DNA of 64,000 bases from contig CAVYSY010000026.1 in the NCBI GenBank assembly GCA_963771175.1, forward strand, positions 480,001-544,000, given 5' to 3'. Under the pieces are notes generated by a model, which saw only the letters and a list, made by a program, of their open reading frames with translations, ran no database searches and was not told the DNA's origin. Positions 1-11,974 of the stretch are shown here, one piece after another. The position numbers and the translations under genes were made by a program. Within the stretch, counting starts at the first letter, position 1, and every line of letters starts with the position of its first letter. The DNA comes from an uncultured delta proteobacterium. GTDB taxonomy: Bacteria > Myxococcota > Myxococcia > Myxococcales > Myxococcaceae.

Positions 1-302
1 GGGCCACGCAGAACTTCCGGGCCGGCAACAACTACACCGAGTCACGCATGAAGGAACTGAGCCCGCGCCAGTTCGAGCTGTGGATGAACGAGGTCGGCTC
101 GCTGCCCACGTTCACCGCGGGCATCATCCACGCGGGCCTGCGGACGGCCGGCGCGGAGAACATCCGCATCGACCTGTCCGGCTACGACGGCCACGCCTGC
201 ACCTACTGCATCAACTGGAGCGAGGCCTCCGTCTCCTCGGGAGTGGCCGGCAAGGGCGACTCCAAGGCCGCCACCAGGTCCGGATCCATCAACTCCCTGT
301 AG
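1..302 (+). CDS. DUF2378 (Myxococcales-restricted) family protein, 5'-truncated by the window edge
   Basis: Frame reads ATQNFRAGNNYTESRMKELSPRQFELWMNEVG...FTAGIIHAGL, typical of the DUF2378 C-terminal half. Confidence 0.65.
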   Translation, partial: ATQNFRAGNNYTESRMKELSPRQFELWMNEVGSLPTFTAGIIHAGLRTAGAENIRIDLSGYDGHACTYCINWSEASVSSGVAGKGDSKAATRSGSINSL

Positions 303-863
303 ATGAACTCGGCGAGCAGACCCGTCACCATCCAGATGGGCAGGATGTAGAGCGACGTCATCTCCCAGAGGATGGCGCCGCTGTCCGCGTAGTACCAGAT
401 GCGGTAGCCCGTCGATCTTCTCCAGCACCAGCCCGCTCAGCCCCTCGAAGAGGAGGATGGCGTGGCCGTAGAGCACCGCGCGCAGCAGCATGCTCTGGCG
501 GAAGAGCCGACGGTAGATGGGCTCGACGAAGTAGAAGCACGCCACGCCGTAGATGAGGAACATCCACAGCGAGGCCTGGCCGTACGCCGTGACCACGGGC
601 GTCTCCCAGATGTCGTTGAGGTTCAGCCGGTCATCCACCCGCCACTGGAAGCGGAAGAGCGCCTCGAGCAGCGGCACGTGCCGGGCGATGCGGACCAGGT
701 TGTAGAAGAAGATCTCCGAGGACAGGCCCACCATTCCGTAGAGGCAGAAGCGGAAGATGGCGAAGGTCAGCTTCAGCCGCGCGTTGCGCTTGAGGTCGGC
801 GCGACGGACGTGGAGGGACCGGGAGGAGCTTCCAGAATTCGGGGCCTGGGCGGAGTGTTCCAT
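203..863 (-). CDS. Membrane protein, TMEM229/putative ABC-permease-like; one frameshift near 415
   Basis: MEHSAQ...FRFCLYGMVGLSSEIFF...YGQASLWMFLIYG, continuing in another frame as GYRIWYYADSGAILWEMTSLYILPIW...LQLMQ* (stop at 203-205). Confidence 0.55.
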
Positions 864-1061
864 GGCACCCAAGATTAGCTGAATTCCATGCGGACTGTCC
901 GCTTCCCGCCCAGCGGTACGGGCCATCGGCCTGGGGGGGAGCCTCTCCACCCCGTGGGATGCGCCATCCGCGCCGGGGGACGCCTCGGAGAAGGTGGCCT
1001 CTCGCGGGCGGGCCGGTACGCGCATTGCTTCGCGCCGCCAGGACCATTCGGAGGGCGGGAC

Positions 1062-2695
1062 ATGCTGGCGCGGGTGCGGTCGGGCGCGTTGATGGGCATC
1101 GACGCGGTGGTGGTGGAGTGCGAGGTGGATATGGCTCTCGGGCTCCCTTATTTCAATGTCGTAGGTCTGCCAGAGGGGGCGGTGCGCGAGTCCAAGGTGC
1201 GCGTCGTCTCGGCGCTGAAGAACAGTGGCTTCGAGTTGCCGCAGAAGCGCATCACCGTGAACCTGGCTCCAGCGGACATCCGCAAGGAGGGCGCTGCATT
1301 CGAGCTGCCCATCGCGCTGGGGGTGCTGGCGGCGGCGAAGCTGATGGAGGAGGAGCCCCTGGGGCGCTACCTCTTCGGCGGGGAGCTGTCGCTGGACGGG
1401 TGGGTGAAACCCATCAAGGGCGTGCTGCCGCTGGCGGTGGCGGCGCGTGACGGGGGCTACGCGGGGGTGATGGTCCCGGCGGCGAACGCGGCCGAGGCGG
1501 CGCTGGTGGGGGGCATCCACGTGCTGGCCGTCCACCACCTGCGGGAGGCGGTGGAGCACCTCACCGGCGAGAAGCCCCTGGCCCCCTTCTCCCGCGAGGA
1601 CGGCGCCCCGCCTCCCTCGCGCGGGCGCCAGGCCCCGCTGGACATGTCCGACGTCCGGGGCCAGGCGGACCTGAAGACGGCGCTGGAGCTGGCCGCCGCT
1701 GGAGGCCACAACGCCTTGCTCTGCGGGCCTCCGGGTTCGGGCAAGACGATGCTGGCCCGGCGACTGCCCGGCATCCTCCCCACGATGGCCTTCGACGAGG
1801 CGCTGGAGGTGACGAAGATCTACTCCGTGCTCGGACTGCTGGGGGACGAGCAGTCGATGATGCGCGAGCGGCCCTTTCGTGCGCCCCACCACACCATCTC
1901 CGACGCGGGGCTGGTGGGTGGAGGCCCCGCCACGAGGCCCGGAGAGCTCTCCCTGGCGCACCACGGGGTGCTCTTCCTCGATGAGCTCCCCGAGTTCCGC
2001 AAGAACGTGCTGGAGGTGCTGCGTCAGCCCCTGGAGGAAGGCTCCATCCACCTGGCGCGCGCCACCCAGCATGTCACCTACCCCTGCCGGGTGATGCTGG
2101 TGGCGGCGATGAACCCGTGCCCATGCGGCTACTTCAACGTCCCCGGGCGGAACTGCACCTGCAAGGAGCACCGTATCTTCGACTACCACTCCCGGGTGAG
2201 CGGGCCCCTGCTGGACCGCATCGACATCACCCTGCAGACGCGCCCGGTGGAGTACCACCACATCGCCCGGAACGACGGCGAGGAGCCACCAAGCGCGTAC
2301 TACCGCGAGCGCGTCGAGGCCGCCCGCGAGCGCCAGCGGGCACGCTTCCGGGACGAGCCCGGCGTGCACTGCAACGCGCAGATGCCCGCGCGACTCCTCC
2401 GTCGCTACTGCAAGCCCTCCCCGCGCGCCGAGAGATGCTCGAGCGGGCCGTGCTCCAATACGGCCTGTCCGCGCGCGCCCACGACCGCATCCTCAAGCTG
2501 GCGCTGTCCAGGGCGGACCTCGAAGGGCACGACCGCATCGAGGACGTGGACATCCACCTCGCCATCGACTGCCGCCAGATGGACCGCCGGGGCTGGCTGC
2601 ACACCAACACCCAGGGCGGCCCGCCCGCCCGACAGGATGCCTTCAACCGGTTGCTGCCTCCCGCGCGGGACTCCCGGCATCCCGAGGACCCGTGA
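1062..2695 (+). CDS. comM: YifB/ComM family Mg-chelatase-like AAA+ ATPase; frameshift near 2430
   Basis: GLPYFNVVGLPEGAVRES, ITVNLAPADIRKEG, Walker A GPPGSGKT, RAPHHT, LFLDELPEF, AAMNPCPCG; C-terminus LSARAHDRILKLA lies in the 2117..2695 frame. Confidence 0.93.
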
Positions 2696-3983
2696 GGGTT
2701 CCCTCCCCTCCCCCCGTGGGCCGCACCAACTCCGGCAGCGGGCCGGTGATGAGGCGCGCCGAGCGCTTGAAGGCGAGGAACGAGTACGCCCAGTCGAGGA
2801 GCACGGCCAGCTTGCTGCGGAAGCCGATGAGGAAGAGGATGTGGATGCCGAGCCACGCCATCCACGCGCTGAAGCCCGAGGACTCGATGCGCTGGAAGGC
2901 CACTCCCACCGCCTTGCCTCGCCCGATGACCGCGTAGGTGCCTCGGTCCCAGTAGTGGAAGGGCGCCATCGACTGGCCCGCCAGGTGGCGGCGGATGTTG
3001 TTCGCGGCGTGCTTGCCCTGCTGCATGGCCGCGGGCGCCACACCCGGGATGGGGTTGCCGTCCTGGACGAAGTGCGCGAGGTCTCCAATGATGAAGACAT
3101 CCTGTCGGCCCGGCAGGGTGAGCTCGGGGGCCACCTTCACTCGGCCCGCTCGATCCAGCTCCGCGCCCATCGAGCGCGCCACCGGAGAGGCGGCCACCCC
3201 GGCGGCCCAGAGGGTGGTCCTCGTCGGAATCCGCTCGTCGCCGATGAACACCCCGCTCTCGTCGATGTGGGTGACCCGCGTGTTCGTGCGGACCTCCACC
3301 CCCAGCTTCTCCAGCGAGCCCCGAGCCTTCTCCGAGAGCGCCTCCGGGTAGACGGGCAGCACGCGCGGCAGCCCCTCCAGGAGCAGGATGCGGGCCTGCG
3401 AGGGATCGATGTTGTGGAAGTCCTTCGCCAGCGTGTGGCGGGAGATCTCCGCGAGCGCCCCAGCCATCTCCACGCCCGTGGGTCCCGCCCCGATGATGAC
3501 GAACGTGAGCAGCTCCCGGCGACGAGCCGGATCGGACTCGCGCTCGGCCATCTCGAAGGCCAGCAGCACCTTGCGGCGGATCTCCAGCGCATCGTCGATC
3601 GTCTTCAGCCCCAGGGCGTGCTTCGCCCACTCGTCGTGGCCGAAGTAGGAGTGCGTCGCTCCCGTGGCGACGATGAGGTAGTCGTAGGACAGCTCGCCAT
3701 CCGCCAGCAGCACGCGCTTGCCCGCTACGTCCACGCCCGTCACCTCGGCGAGCAGGACCGTCGTCTCCCTGCCCAGCAGGCCTCGGATCGGCGAGGCGAT
3801 CTCCCCCGGACTCAGGGTGGCCGTGGCCACCTGGTACAACAGGGGCTGGAAGAGATGGTGGTTCTGCCGGTCCACCAGGGTGACGCGCACCGGCGCCTTC
3901 CGCAGCGACCGCGCCGCGTACAGACCGCCGAAACCACCACCGAGGATGACCACGTGGGGAAGCGTCTCGCGTGGAGTCGTCAT
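2643..3983 (-). CDS. ndh: Type II NADH dehydrogenase (NAD(P)/FAD-dependent oxidoreductase)
   Basis: VVILGGGFGG, HHLFQPLLYQVAT, IIGAGPTGVEMAG, WAAGV, APAAMQQG. Confidence 0.92.
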   Translation of the reverse strand: MTTPRETLPHVVILGGGFGGLYAARSLRKAPVRVTLVDRQNHHLFQPLLYQVATATLSPGEIASPIRGLLGRETTVLLAEVTGVDVAGKRVLLADGELSYDYLIVATGATHSYFGHDEWAKHALGLKTIDDALEIRRKVLLAFEMAERESDPARRRELLTFVIIGAGPTGVEMAGALAEISRHTLAKDFHNIDPSQARILLLEGLPRVLPVYPEALSEKARGSLEKLGVEVRTNTRVTHIDESGVFIGDERIPTRTTLWAAGVAASPVARSMGAELDRAGRVKVAPELTLPGRQDVFIIGDLAHFVQDGNPIPGVAPAAMQQGKHAANNIRRHLAGQSMAPFHYWDRGTYAVIGRGKAVGVAFQRIESSGFSAWMAWLGIHILFLIGFRSKLAVLLDWAYSFLAFKRSARLITGPLPELVRPTGGGEGTLTGPRDAGSPAREAATG

Positions 3984-4083
3984 GCTCAGGAAGTTCCTCC
4001 CGGTGGACCTGAATTCAACGGAATCGATGTCCGCGCGTCTACCCCGTACCCGGCCGCGATTTGACGAGCTAGAAGGTCGGTTG

Positions 4084-4893
4084 ATGAAGCTCTTGTCCCC
4101 CCTCATCGCACTCTTCCAGGCCGTCTTCGTCATCCTGTGGCTGGTGTTCTGGATTACCATGTCCGGACTGGCGGCACTCCTCACCCTCAACGGGGAGGTG
4201 CCACTGATGATGGCGCGGCGCTTCTGGGCCCCCATTCACTGGCGCATCACCGGCTCGCCCCTGCTCGTCGAGCCCCTGCCAGACATCGACTGGAGCAAGC
4301 CCCACATCTTCCTGATGAATCACCAGTCCAACTTCGACATCCCCGTGGCGTTCGCGGTGATTCCGGTGAACATCCGCTTCATCGCCAAGCACGTGCTCAA
4401 GTGGATCCCCTTCCTCGGCTGGTACATGACGGGCACGGGGATGATCTTCATCAACCGCTCCAACCCGCGCGAGGCCGTCCGCAGCATGAGGCTGGCTGGC
4501 GAGCGCATCCGCGCCGGCTCCAACATCCTCGCCTTCCCCGAGGGCACGCGCTCGAAGGACGGGCTCATCCTCCCCTTCAAGAAGGGCGCCTTCGCGCTGG
4601 CCGTGGAGGCCGGGGTGCCCATCATCCCCATCGCCGTAGAGGGCACGCGCGAAATGCTCCCCAAGGGCAGCATCCGGCTGCGGCGCCACCCCATCCGGGT
4701 GAAGATGGGCCAGCCCATCGCCACCGCGGGACTCAAGGGGGCGGCGCGTGATGCCCTCGTGACCCAGGTGCGCGACGTCATCATCCAACTCCACCGGGAC
4801 ATCGGCGGTGAGGGCGGCGTGCCGGATGCCGCCACCGCGCCGGAACGCAACAAGGGGCTCAACGCGCCCGACAACTCCGGCGCCCCGGCCTGA
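4084..4893 (+). CDS. plsC: 1-acyl-sn-glycerol-3-phosphate (lysophospholipid) acyltransferase
   Basis: N-terminal TM segment, NHQSNFD (HxxxxD), FIAK, FPEGTRS, PFKKGAF. Confidence 0.88.
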   Translation: MKLLSPLIALFQAVFVILWLVFWITMSGLAALLTLNGEVPLMMARRFWAPIHWRITGSPLLVEPLPDIDWSKPHIFLMNHQSNFDIPVAFAVIPVNIRFIAKHVLKWIPFLGWYMTGTGMIFINRSNPREAVRSMRLAGERIRAGSNILAFPEGTRSKDGLILPFKKGAFALAVEAGVPIIPIAVEGTREMLPKGSIRLRRHPIRVKMGQPIATAGLKGAARDALVTQVRDVIIQLHRDIGGEGGVPDAATAPERNKGLNAPDNSGAPA

Positions 4894-4975
4894 GCCATCA
4901 GTCCCTCCAAGGGTGATGAACATCGCCAACAGCTCCACTCCGCGCACGCCAGCCATGACCCCCGAGAACCGTCGA

Positions 4976-5138
4976 CCTCCCGGTCGCGCTCTTGCCGAAC
5001 CTGTCCACTAAGTGGACAGGTTGCTCGCAACCGAGCCCGGCGGGGGCCCTGACTGCGGAGTCCCACCGGCCTCCCGGCCGCGCTCTTGGAAAACCTGTCC
5101 GACTGTCGGACAGGTTTTTCGAGACCGAACCCGGAGGG
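4976..5138. repeat. Two tandem ~65-70 bp units (period 94 bp), each with a central palindrome; REP-like
   Basis: CCTCCCGG.CGCGCTCTTG...AACCTGTCCAC-TAA-GTGGACAGGTT (4998-5022) and AAAACCTGTCCGAC-T-GTCGGACAGGTTTT (5090-5118), both followed by ACCGA.CCCGG. Confidence 0.8.
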
Positions 5139-5375
5139 TCCTCTGTCCGCCGAGGCCCCCTCCTGCACGGACTTGCTTCGGATGGCTTGGACCTCACCGC
5201 GAGTCCCACCGCTCCACCGCGCGGGACGCTTCGCGCGAAACGAGACGCCTCCGCTCCACGCGCCCCGAGGGAAACGCGCACGGCACGGCGGTTGCTCAAG
5301 CTCCTCCCGGCGCGCCCGGGCCATCCCGGCCCCGAGGCGCAGCCCCACTCATGTGAAGGGCGGCGAGGAGCGACG

Positions 5376-6423
<1,048 letters not shown>

Positions 6424-6427
<4 letters not shown>

Positions 6428-6928
6428 GCGCCGAGAGCCTCGAACGACACCGGCACCGCGAGGCGACGCTGACCCGCGCGCAGGAACAGGTGGCCCCCCT
6501 CGTCCTGCTCCAGCAGCTCGCCGAGCTGGTACTGGGCGTCCCGGGAGAAGCGGGCCTTCGCCCGGCCGCCCTTCACCCGGCAGGTGAGGACGCCGTCAGG
6601 GCCCACGGCGAGCGTGGCCGGGTCGAGCACCTCGGCGATGCGATCGCTCAGGCGCACGGACACCCGCTCGTCCCCGGTGACGTCCACGGTGCGCACCTCG
6701 TAGGCCGCGTCCTCCACCTGGACGTAGCACCAGTCCTTGCCGATCTGCAGCCGGTAGCGGCCGCTCTGCGTCGAGGCCGAGCGAGGTGTTGAAGAGCTCG
6801 ATGATGCGCGGGTGCTCGATGGGCTCGTCGTCGTGCCACCAGCGCAGCCGCGCGTCGAGGCGGATGCCGCTGTCCTCGCGGGTGTGCCAGCGCTTGCCGG
6901 GGAGGAGGTCTGCCAGCGGTTGTCTCAC
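6424..6928 (-). CDS. DUF1285-like protein; frameshifted
   Basis: [36 protein letters not shown] joined to [13 protein letters not shown]...[15 protein letters not shown]. Confidence 0.65.
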
Positions 6929-6980
6929 GAGGCGTTACTGCTCGCCCGGGGGCGGCGCGTCAAGCGCACGCGCCCGGGCG

Positions 6981-8499
6981 CTACCAGTGCCGGACATACT
7001 CGGTGTAGCCGCGGAAGGCCACCGCACCCCAGAAGTTCACCAGCACGCCCGACGGCCAGCGCGGCCAGGACGGCACGGTTGCGCAGCGACCAGCCGCCGA
7101 TGGCGAAGAGCAGCAGGAGGTAGCGGCGTGTAGTCGAGGCTGAAGCGGAAGCCGAACTGCATGTACCCGGTGTTCTGGTAGAAGAGCCCGGGCAGCGCGG
7201 TCACGCGCCACGCGTGAGCCACAGCGGCCAGTGCAGGCGCGGGCGCTGCCTCGGCACCAGCAGGAAGACGAGCAGCGGCAGCGTCAGCAGCAGCGACAGC
7301 CCGTGCGGATCGTAGCCCGAGCTCGCAGCGGGTCCAGCTGAGAGGCGCGGCAGCTTGAGGAAGGCCGCCTCCAGGTTGCGCTGCGAGGTAGTGCAGGTCG
7401 AAGAGGCCCGTAGCGGTCGATGTCGACGTTGACCCGGTTGTTGTAGAGGAACGCGTGACCGAACTCGCCCGGGCTGCCGAAGCGGTAGACGTTGTAGGCC
7501 GCCGCCAGCAGCCGCCAGCGGCGCGGCCCCCAGCGCGAAGCAGCCCCAGCTTGGCGCAGCCGCCGGGCGTCCGCTGCGGAGCCAAGGCCCGCGAGCTGCT
7601 CGAGCCGGCTGCCGCGCTCGGGGCACAGCGCCTCGAGCACGAAGAAGAGCCCGGTGAACACCAGCGGCGTGCGCGTGAGCGTCGCCATGGAGAAGAAGAG
7701 CCCGGCCAGCAGCGGGCCGCGCGCGCCGCACCGCGTTGCGCAGGTAGAGGCAGGTGAAGGCCACGCCCATCACCTCGGCGCGTGAACCACACCTCGCCGC
7801 GGATGGCGCAGTAGAAGAGGACGCGTCCCGAAGGCGAGCAGCAGCGCCAGGACGCACGTTCTCCGGCGGTCGCGGCGCTGCTCTCCCCCGGCGCGCGAGC
7901 GAGCGCAGCAGCGCGAAGAAGAGCGCCACCGCGAGCGCCCCGACGACGACCCCGAAGGAGGTGTCGTTGAACTGGTAGCCGTGCAGCGCCACGAAGGGCA
8001 GCATCACCACCGCGGGGAACGACGGGAAGCTCACGAACCAGCGGTCGGTCGGGCGCAGCCGCGCCCTCGCAGCGCACCTTCTGCCCCGTCGACCTCGCGC
8101 ACGCAGGCCCAGTCCTCGAGGTTCGGCAGCACCTCGGGATCCAGGTCCAGCCGCCCCTCGAGCCACGCCTGCGCCTGGTACACGAAGTGCGGCGCGTCGC
8201 TCTGGCGCAGGAAGCGCTGCGAGCTGAAGCGCGCCGAGCACCACGAAGCTCACCAGGAAGAGCAGCACCTCCACCCGGTACGCCGCGCAGCCACATGCGC
8301 AGCGCCGCCCCCGCGCTCCCGGCTCCCGGGCTGGCGGGCGCGCACGTCCTCCCTGGGCGTCGTCGGAGCGCCTTCCGCGGAGGGACGCTCGGGCGAGCGG
8401 CGAGGCCGTCCGGGACTCATCGGGCAGCTCGGGAGCGGGCGAGGTGGGCTCACGGGCCTGCGTGGACGGCTTGGAACGCTTGGACTTGGAGCGGCTCAT
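6981..8499 (-). CDS. Polytopic membrane protein, possibly GT-C-like glycosyltransferase; many frameshifts
   Basis: Hydrophobic fragments across frames: WFVSFPSFPAVVMLPFVALHG, ATLTRTPLVF, YNVYRFGSPGEFGH, LFYQNTGYMQFGFRFSLDYTP. Confidence 0.55.
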
Positions 8500-9802
8500 G
8501 GGGCGGAAGGCGCGGTCAGCAGGCGCTCACGCAGCAGCTCGAGCGCATGGACGGCGGCGAAGAGACGCACGAGCTCTGCGATCGCCCGCGAATGGAGAAT
8601 CGCTCGCAGCGCGCGGGAGCCCCCGGTCCGCGGCGAGCGCACAGTAGACGGTTCCCACGGGGTTCTCGGCGGTCCCTCCCGTCGGGCCCGCGACAGCCGG
8701 TCACGGACGAGCCCGTAGGTCGTCCCGCAGGCGGCGCGGATGCCCTCGGCCATGCGCCAGCGCCACCTCGGGCTCGACACCGCCCCGTGGCGCTGCGAGC
8801 AGCTCGGCGCGGCACCGCCGGCCCAGGCCGTCTTCATCGGCCTCGGTGTAGACCACCGCGCCGCCGATGAACGACGCTCGCTCGCCCCGGCACCGCGGTG
8901 AGCTGCGCGCGATGAGAGCCCGCCGGTGCAGCTCTCGGCCACCGCGAGCGTGGCCCGCGGCCGCTGTCAGCAGCCTCGCCAGCGACCTCGCGCGTAGCGT
9001 CTCCCCGTCCGCGCCGAACACCGCGCGGCCCAGCATCCGCTCGGGCGGCGGCCTCGGCGGCGGCCAGCGCCGCGCTCGGCCTCGGCCTGGGTGGGCGCCT
9101 CCGCCATCAGCTTGAGCTGGTTCTCCGGCGCGTGCGGTGCGAAAGCCGAACATGCACCCGCGGGTGCGCGCGCGGCGCAGCGGGGCCACGCGCGCGTCGA
9201 GCAGCGGACTCGGGCAGGCCCACGCGTGCGCAGCAGCCGGAAGGCGCGGTGGGTGCGCTGCCGGCCGCGCCTCCAGCTGCGCGTCGCACGCCGCGGCAGC
9301 ACCTCGCCGTCCACCAGCGCCCGGTACTCGCGGGGCACCCCGGGCACGAAGAAGAGCCGGCAGCCGCCGAGCCGCAGCGATGAACATGGGCGCGGCTGCC
9401 CACGGGGTTGAGCACCACCTCGGCGCCCTCGGGCACCCGAGCGCCTGCGGGCGATGTTGGGCGTCAGCGCGCCGGCCCCGGCGCGCGGAAGCGCTCGCGG
9501 AGGTGCCGCGAGCGCCCGGGCGTCCTCGACCAGCGGCACGCCCGGCCGCCTGCGCGGCGCACTCGGCGGTGAAGTCGTCCGCGGTGGGGCCCAGCCCGCC
9601 CGAGACCAGCACCACGTCCGCGCGGGCGGCGGCCTCGCGCAGGCGCGCGGACGATGTCCTCGCGCACGTCGCCCACCAGCACCACCCGCGCTGCACCTTG
9701 AGGCCCAGCTCGAAGAGCCGCGCCTCCAGGTAGGGGCTGTTGGTGTCGGCGATCAGGCCGGTGACGAGCTCGTCACCGGTGCACAGCAAGCTCGACGCGC
9801 AT
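8496..9802 (-). CDS. cinA: CinA family NMN deamidase-related / competence-damage inducible protein; many frameshifts
   Basis: MRVELLCTGDELVTGLIADTNSPYL, VSGGLGPTADDFT, FFVPGVPREY, AESCTGGL. Confidence 0.85.
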
Positions 9803-9857
9803 GGGCGGCGCATCCTAGCGGCACGCGCCGTCCCCAGCACGCGCCAAGCTGAGGAAG

Positions 9858-10705
9858 CTACGCCGACGTCCTGCTCGTCCGCGGGCTCGTCCTCGGGTCC
9901 TCGTCCTCTTCCTCCAGAACGGCCGCGGCCATGGCCGCCCCGCCGCCGAGCTTCCGGGTGACGAGGTGCTTGCGCAGCAGGAAGGCGGACTCGATGAGGC
10001 CGAAGGCGAGGTAGGCGAACGAAGTAGGCCACCAGCACGTAGGCCGGGTGAAGCGGGTGCCGATGACGACGCCGCTGGCGAGCACCAACATCAAGACCAG
10101 CGCCGAGCGTGCGGGACAGGCGCAGGTCCTTGAAGGTGCGGTAGCGCACCGTGGACACCATCAGCAGCGCGAGCACCGTCGACGCCACCGCCACGGGGCC
10201 CGCGGCCGCCGCATCGAGCACCTCGCCGCGCGCCGACGTGGTGGGCGATGACCATCGAGACGAGCACGCCGGCGGCCAGGGGGATGGGCAGGCCGACGAA
10301 GAAGCGGCCGCCACCGCCGTGGGGGCCGCGCATGGCGAGCACGTTGAAGCGGGCGAGCCGCAGCGCGCCGCAGGCGGCGAAGGCGAAGGAGAGGAACAGG
10401 CCCACGAAGCCCAGGGGCGCCAGCGCCCACTTGTAGACCAGCAGGCCGGGCGCGGCGCCGAAGGACACCACGTCGGCCAGGCTGTCGAGCTGCATCGCCG
10501 AAGTCGCTCTGGGTCTTGGTCAGCCGCGCCACGCGGCCGTCGAAGCCGTCGAAGAACATGGCGAAGAAGATGGCCAGGGCCGCCTGGTAGAGCTGCGAGG
10601 GGCGTCGCCTCGCCCCGCGCACAGCGTCAGCGCGTAGAAGCCGCAGAAGATGGAGGTGACCGTGAAGAGGTTGGGCAGGACGAACATCAACTTGCGGAGC
10701 TTCAT
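9858..10705 (-). CDS. pssA: CDP-diacylglycerol--serine O-phosphatidyltransferase; frameshifted
   Basis: MKLRKLMFVLPNLFT, FDGFDGRVARLTKTQSDFG, QLDSLADVVSFGAAP, GALRLARFNV, LMVSTVRYRTFKD. Confidence 0.9.
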
Positions 10706-10804
10706 GCGTTCTCCTGCCTCCTGTGGCGACACTCGCGCCGTGCTGGGCAACGCGCGGATGAACGGACCATAGCAGGGTTTTATTTGCCCGATTCGCGGAG
10801 GGGC

Positions 10805-11974
10805 ATGGACGCAGTGCGTTGGACCCTATGGGTGCTGGCGACGGTACTCGCTCCTGGCGGGGGTGAATGGCCTGTGGGTGCTCGGGGTGCGCTGGTGGTA
10901 CCGCCTGCGAACGAGCCCGCCCGAGCGCCTGCGCGTCGCGCTGCCCGGACGGCTGGGAGCTGACCGTCCACGTGCGGCGCGCCGCGCAGCGCCGCTTCGA
11001 GGAGCCGGTGCTGCTGTGCCACGGGCTCGCCGCCAATCGCTACACCTTCGACTTCGAGCCGCCCTACTCCGTGGCCCACGCCCTCGCCGAGGCCGGCTTC
11101 GACTGCTTCAGCGTGGAGTGGCGTGGCATCGAGCCACTCGCGGCGCCCGCCGCGCGGGCGCCGGTGGACGGACTTCAACGTGGACGACCTCATCCTCCAG
11201 GACGGGCCCGCGCTCATCGAGCGCGGTGCTCGCGCGAGACGGGCGCGAAGCGCGCGCTTCTGGGTCGGCCACTCGCTGGGCGGGCTGGTGGGCTACGCGG
11301 TGGCGCAGGGCCCCTCGGGGGCGCGGCTCGCGGGGTTGCTCGTGCTGGGCTCGCCCGTCTTCTTCCCGCCGGATCCACTCCTGCGCCAGCTCATCGACCT
11401 GGGCGCGCGCGCCGCGTGGCCTCGGGGCTTCCGCAACGAGTGGCTGAGCCGCACGCTCGCGCCCTTCCTCGGCTACGCCACCCTGCCCCTGTCCGACGTC
11501 ATCGTCAACCCGAAGCACATCCTCCCGCCCGTCCAGCGCAAGGTGTACGCGAACATGATGTCGTCGATGAGCCGCAACGTGCTCCGCCAGCTCCAGGACT
11601 GGATCGACCACGACGCCTTCCGCTCCTTCGACGGGAGCGTGGACTGGCGCGCGGGGCTCGCGAAGCTGTCGCTGCCGGTGATGGTGATGGGGGGCTGCGT
11701 GGACCGGCTGGCATCTCCGAAGAACCTGCGCGCGCAGTACGAGCTGGTCGGCTCGGCGGACAAGAAGCTCCACATCTTCGGCTGCGAGCGCGGAGACAAG
11801 ATGGACTACGGGCACGGAGACCTGATCTTCGGCACGGGCGCCCCGCTCGAGGTCTACCCCGAGGTACGGGACTGGCTGGCGGCCCACGCCACGCCCCTGG
11901 CCTCGCTGCCTCGGAGCGAGTCTCAGGGAGCGGCTCTGCCCACACAGCTCGCCTCGGGCCCCGCGGTGCCCTGA
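10805..11974 (+). CDS. Alpha/beta-fold hydrolase with N-terminal TM segment; frameshifted
   Basis: PVLLCHGLAANRYTFD, nucleophile elbow WVGHSLGG, DYGHGDLIFG. Confidence 0.8.

Noticed and set aside
888..4064. 1058-aa ComM with a long C-terminal extension
   Set aside because: Read-through after a frameshift near 2430 into the antisense strand of ndh; the true C-terminus is in the frame ending at 2695
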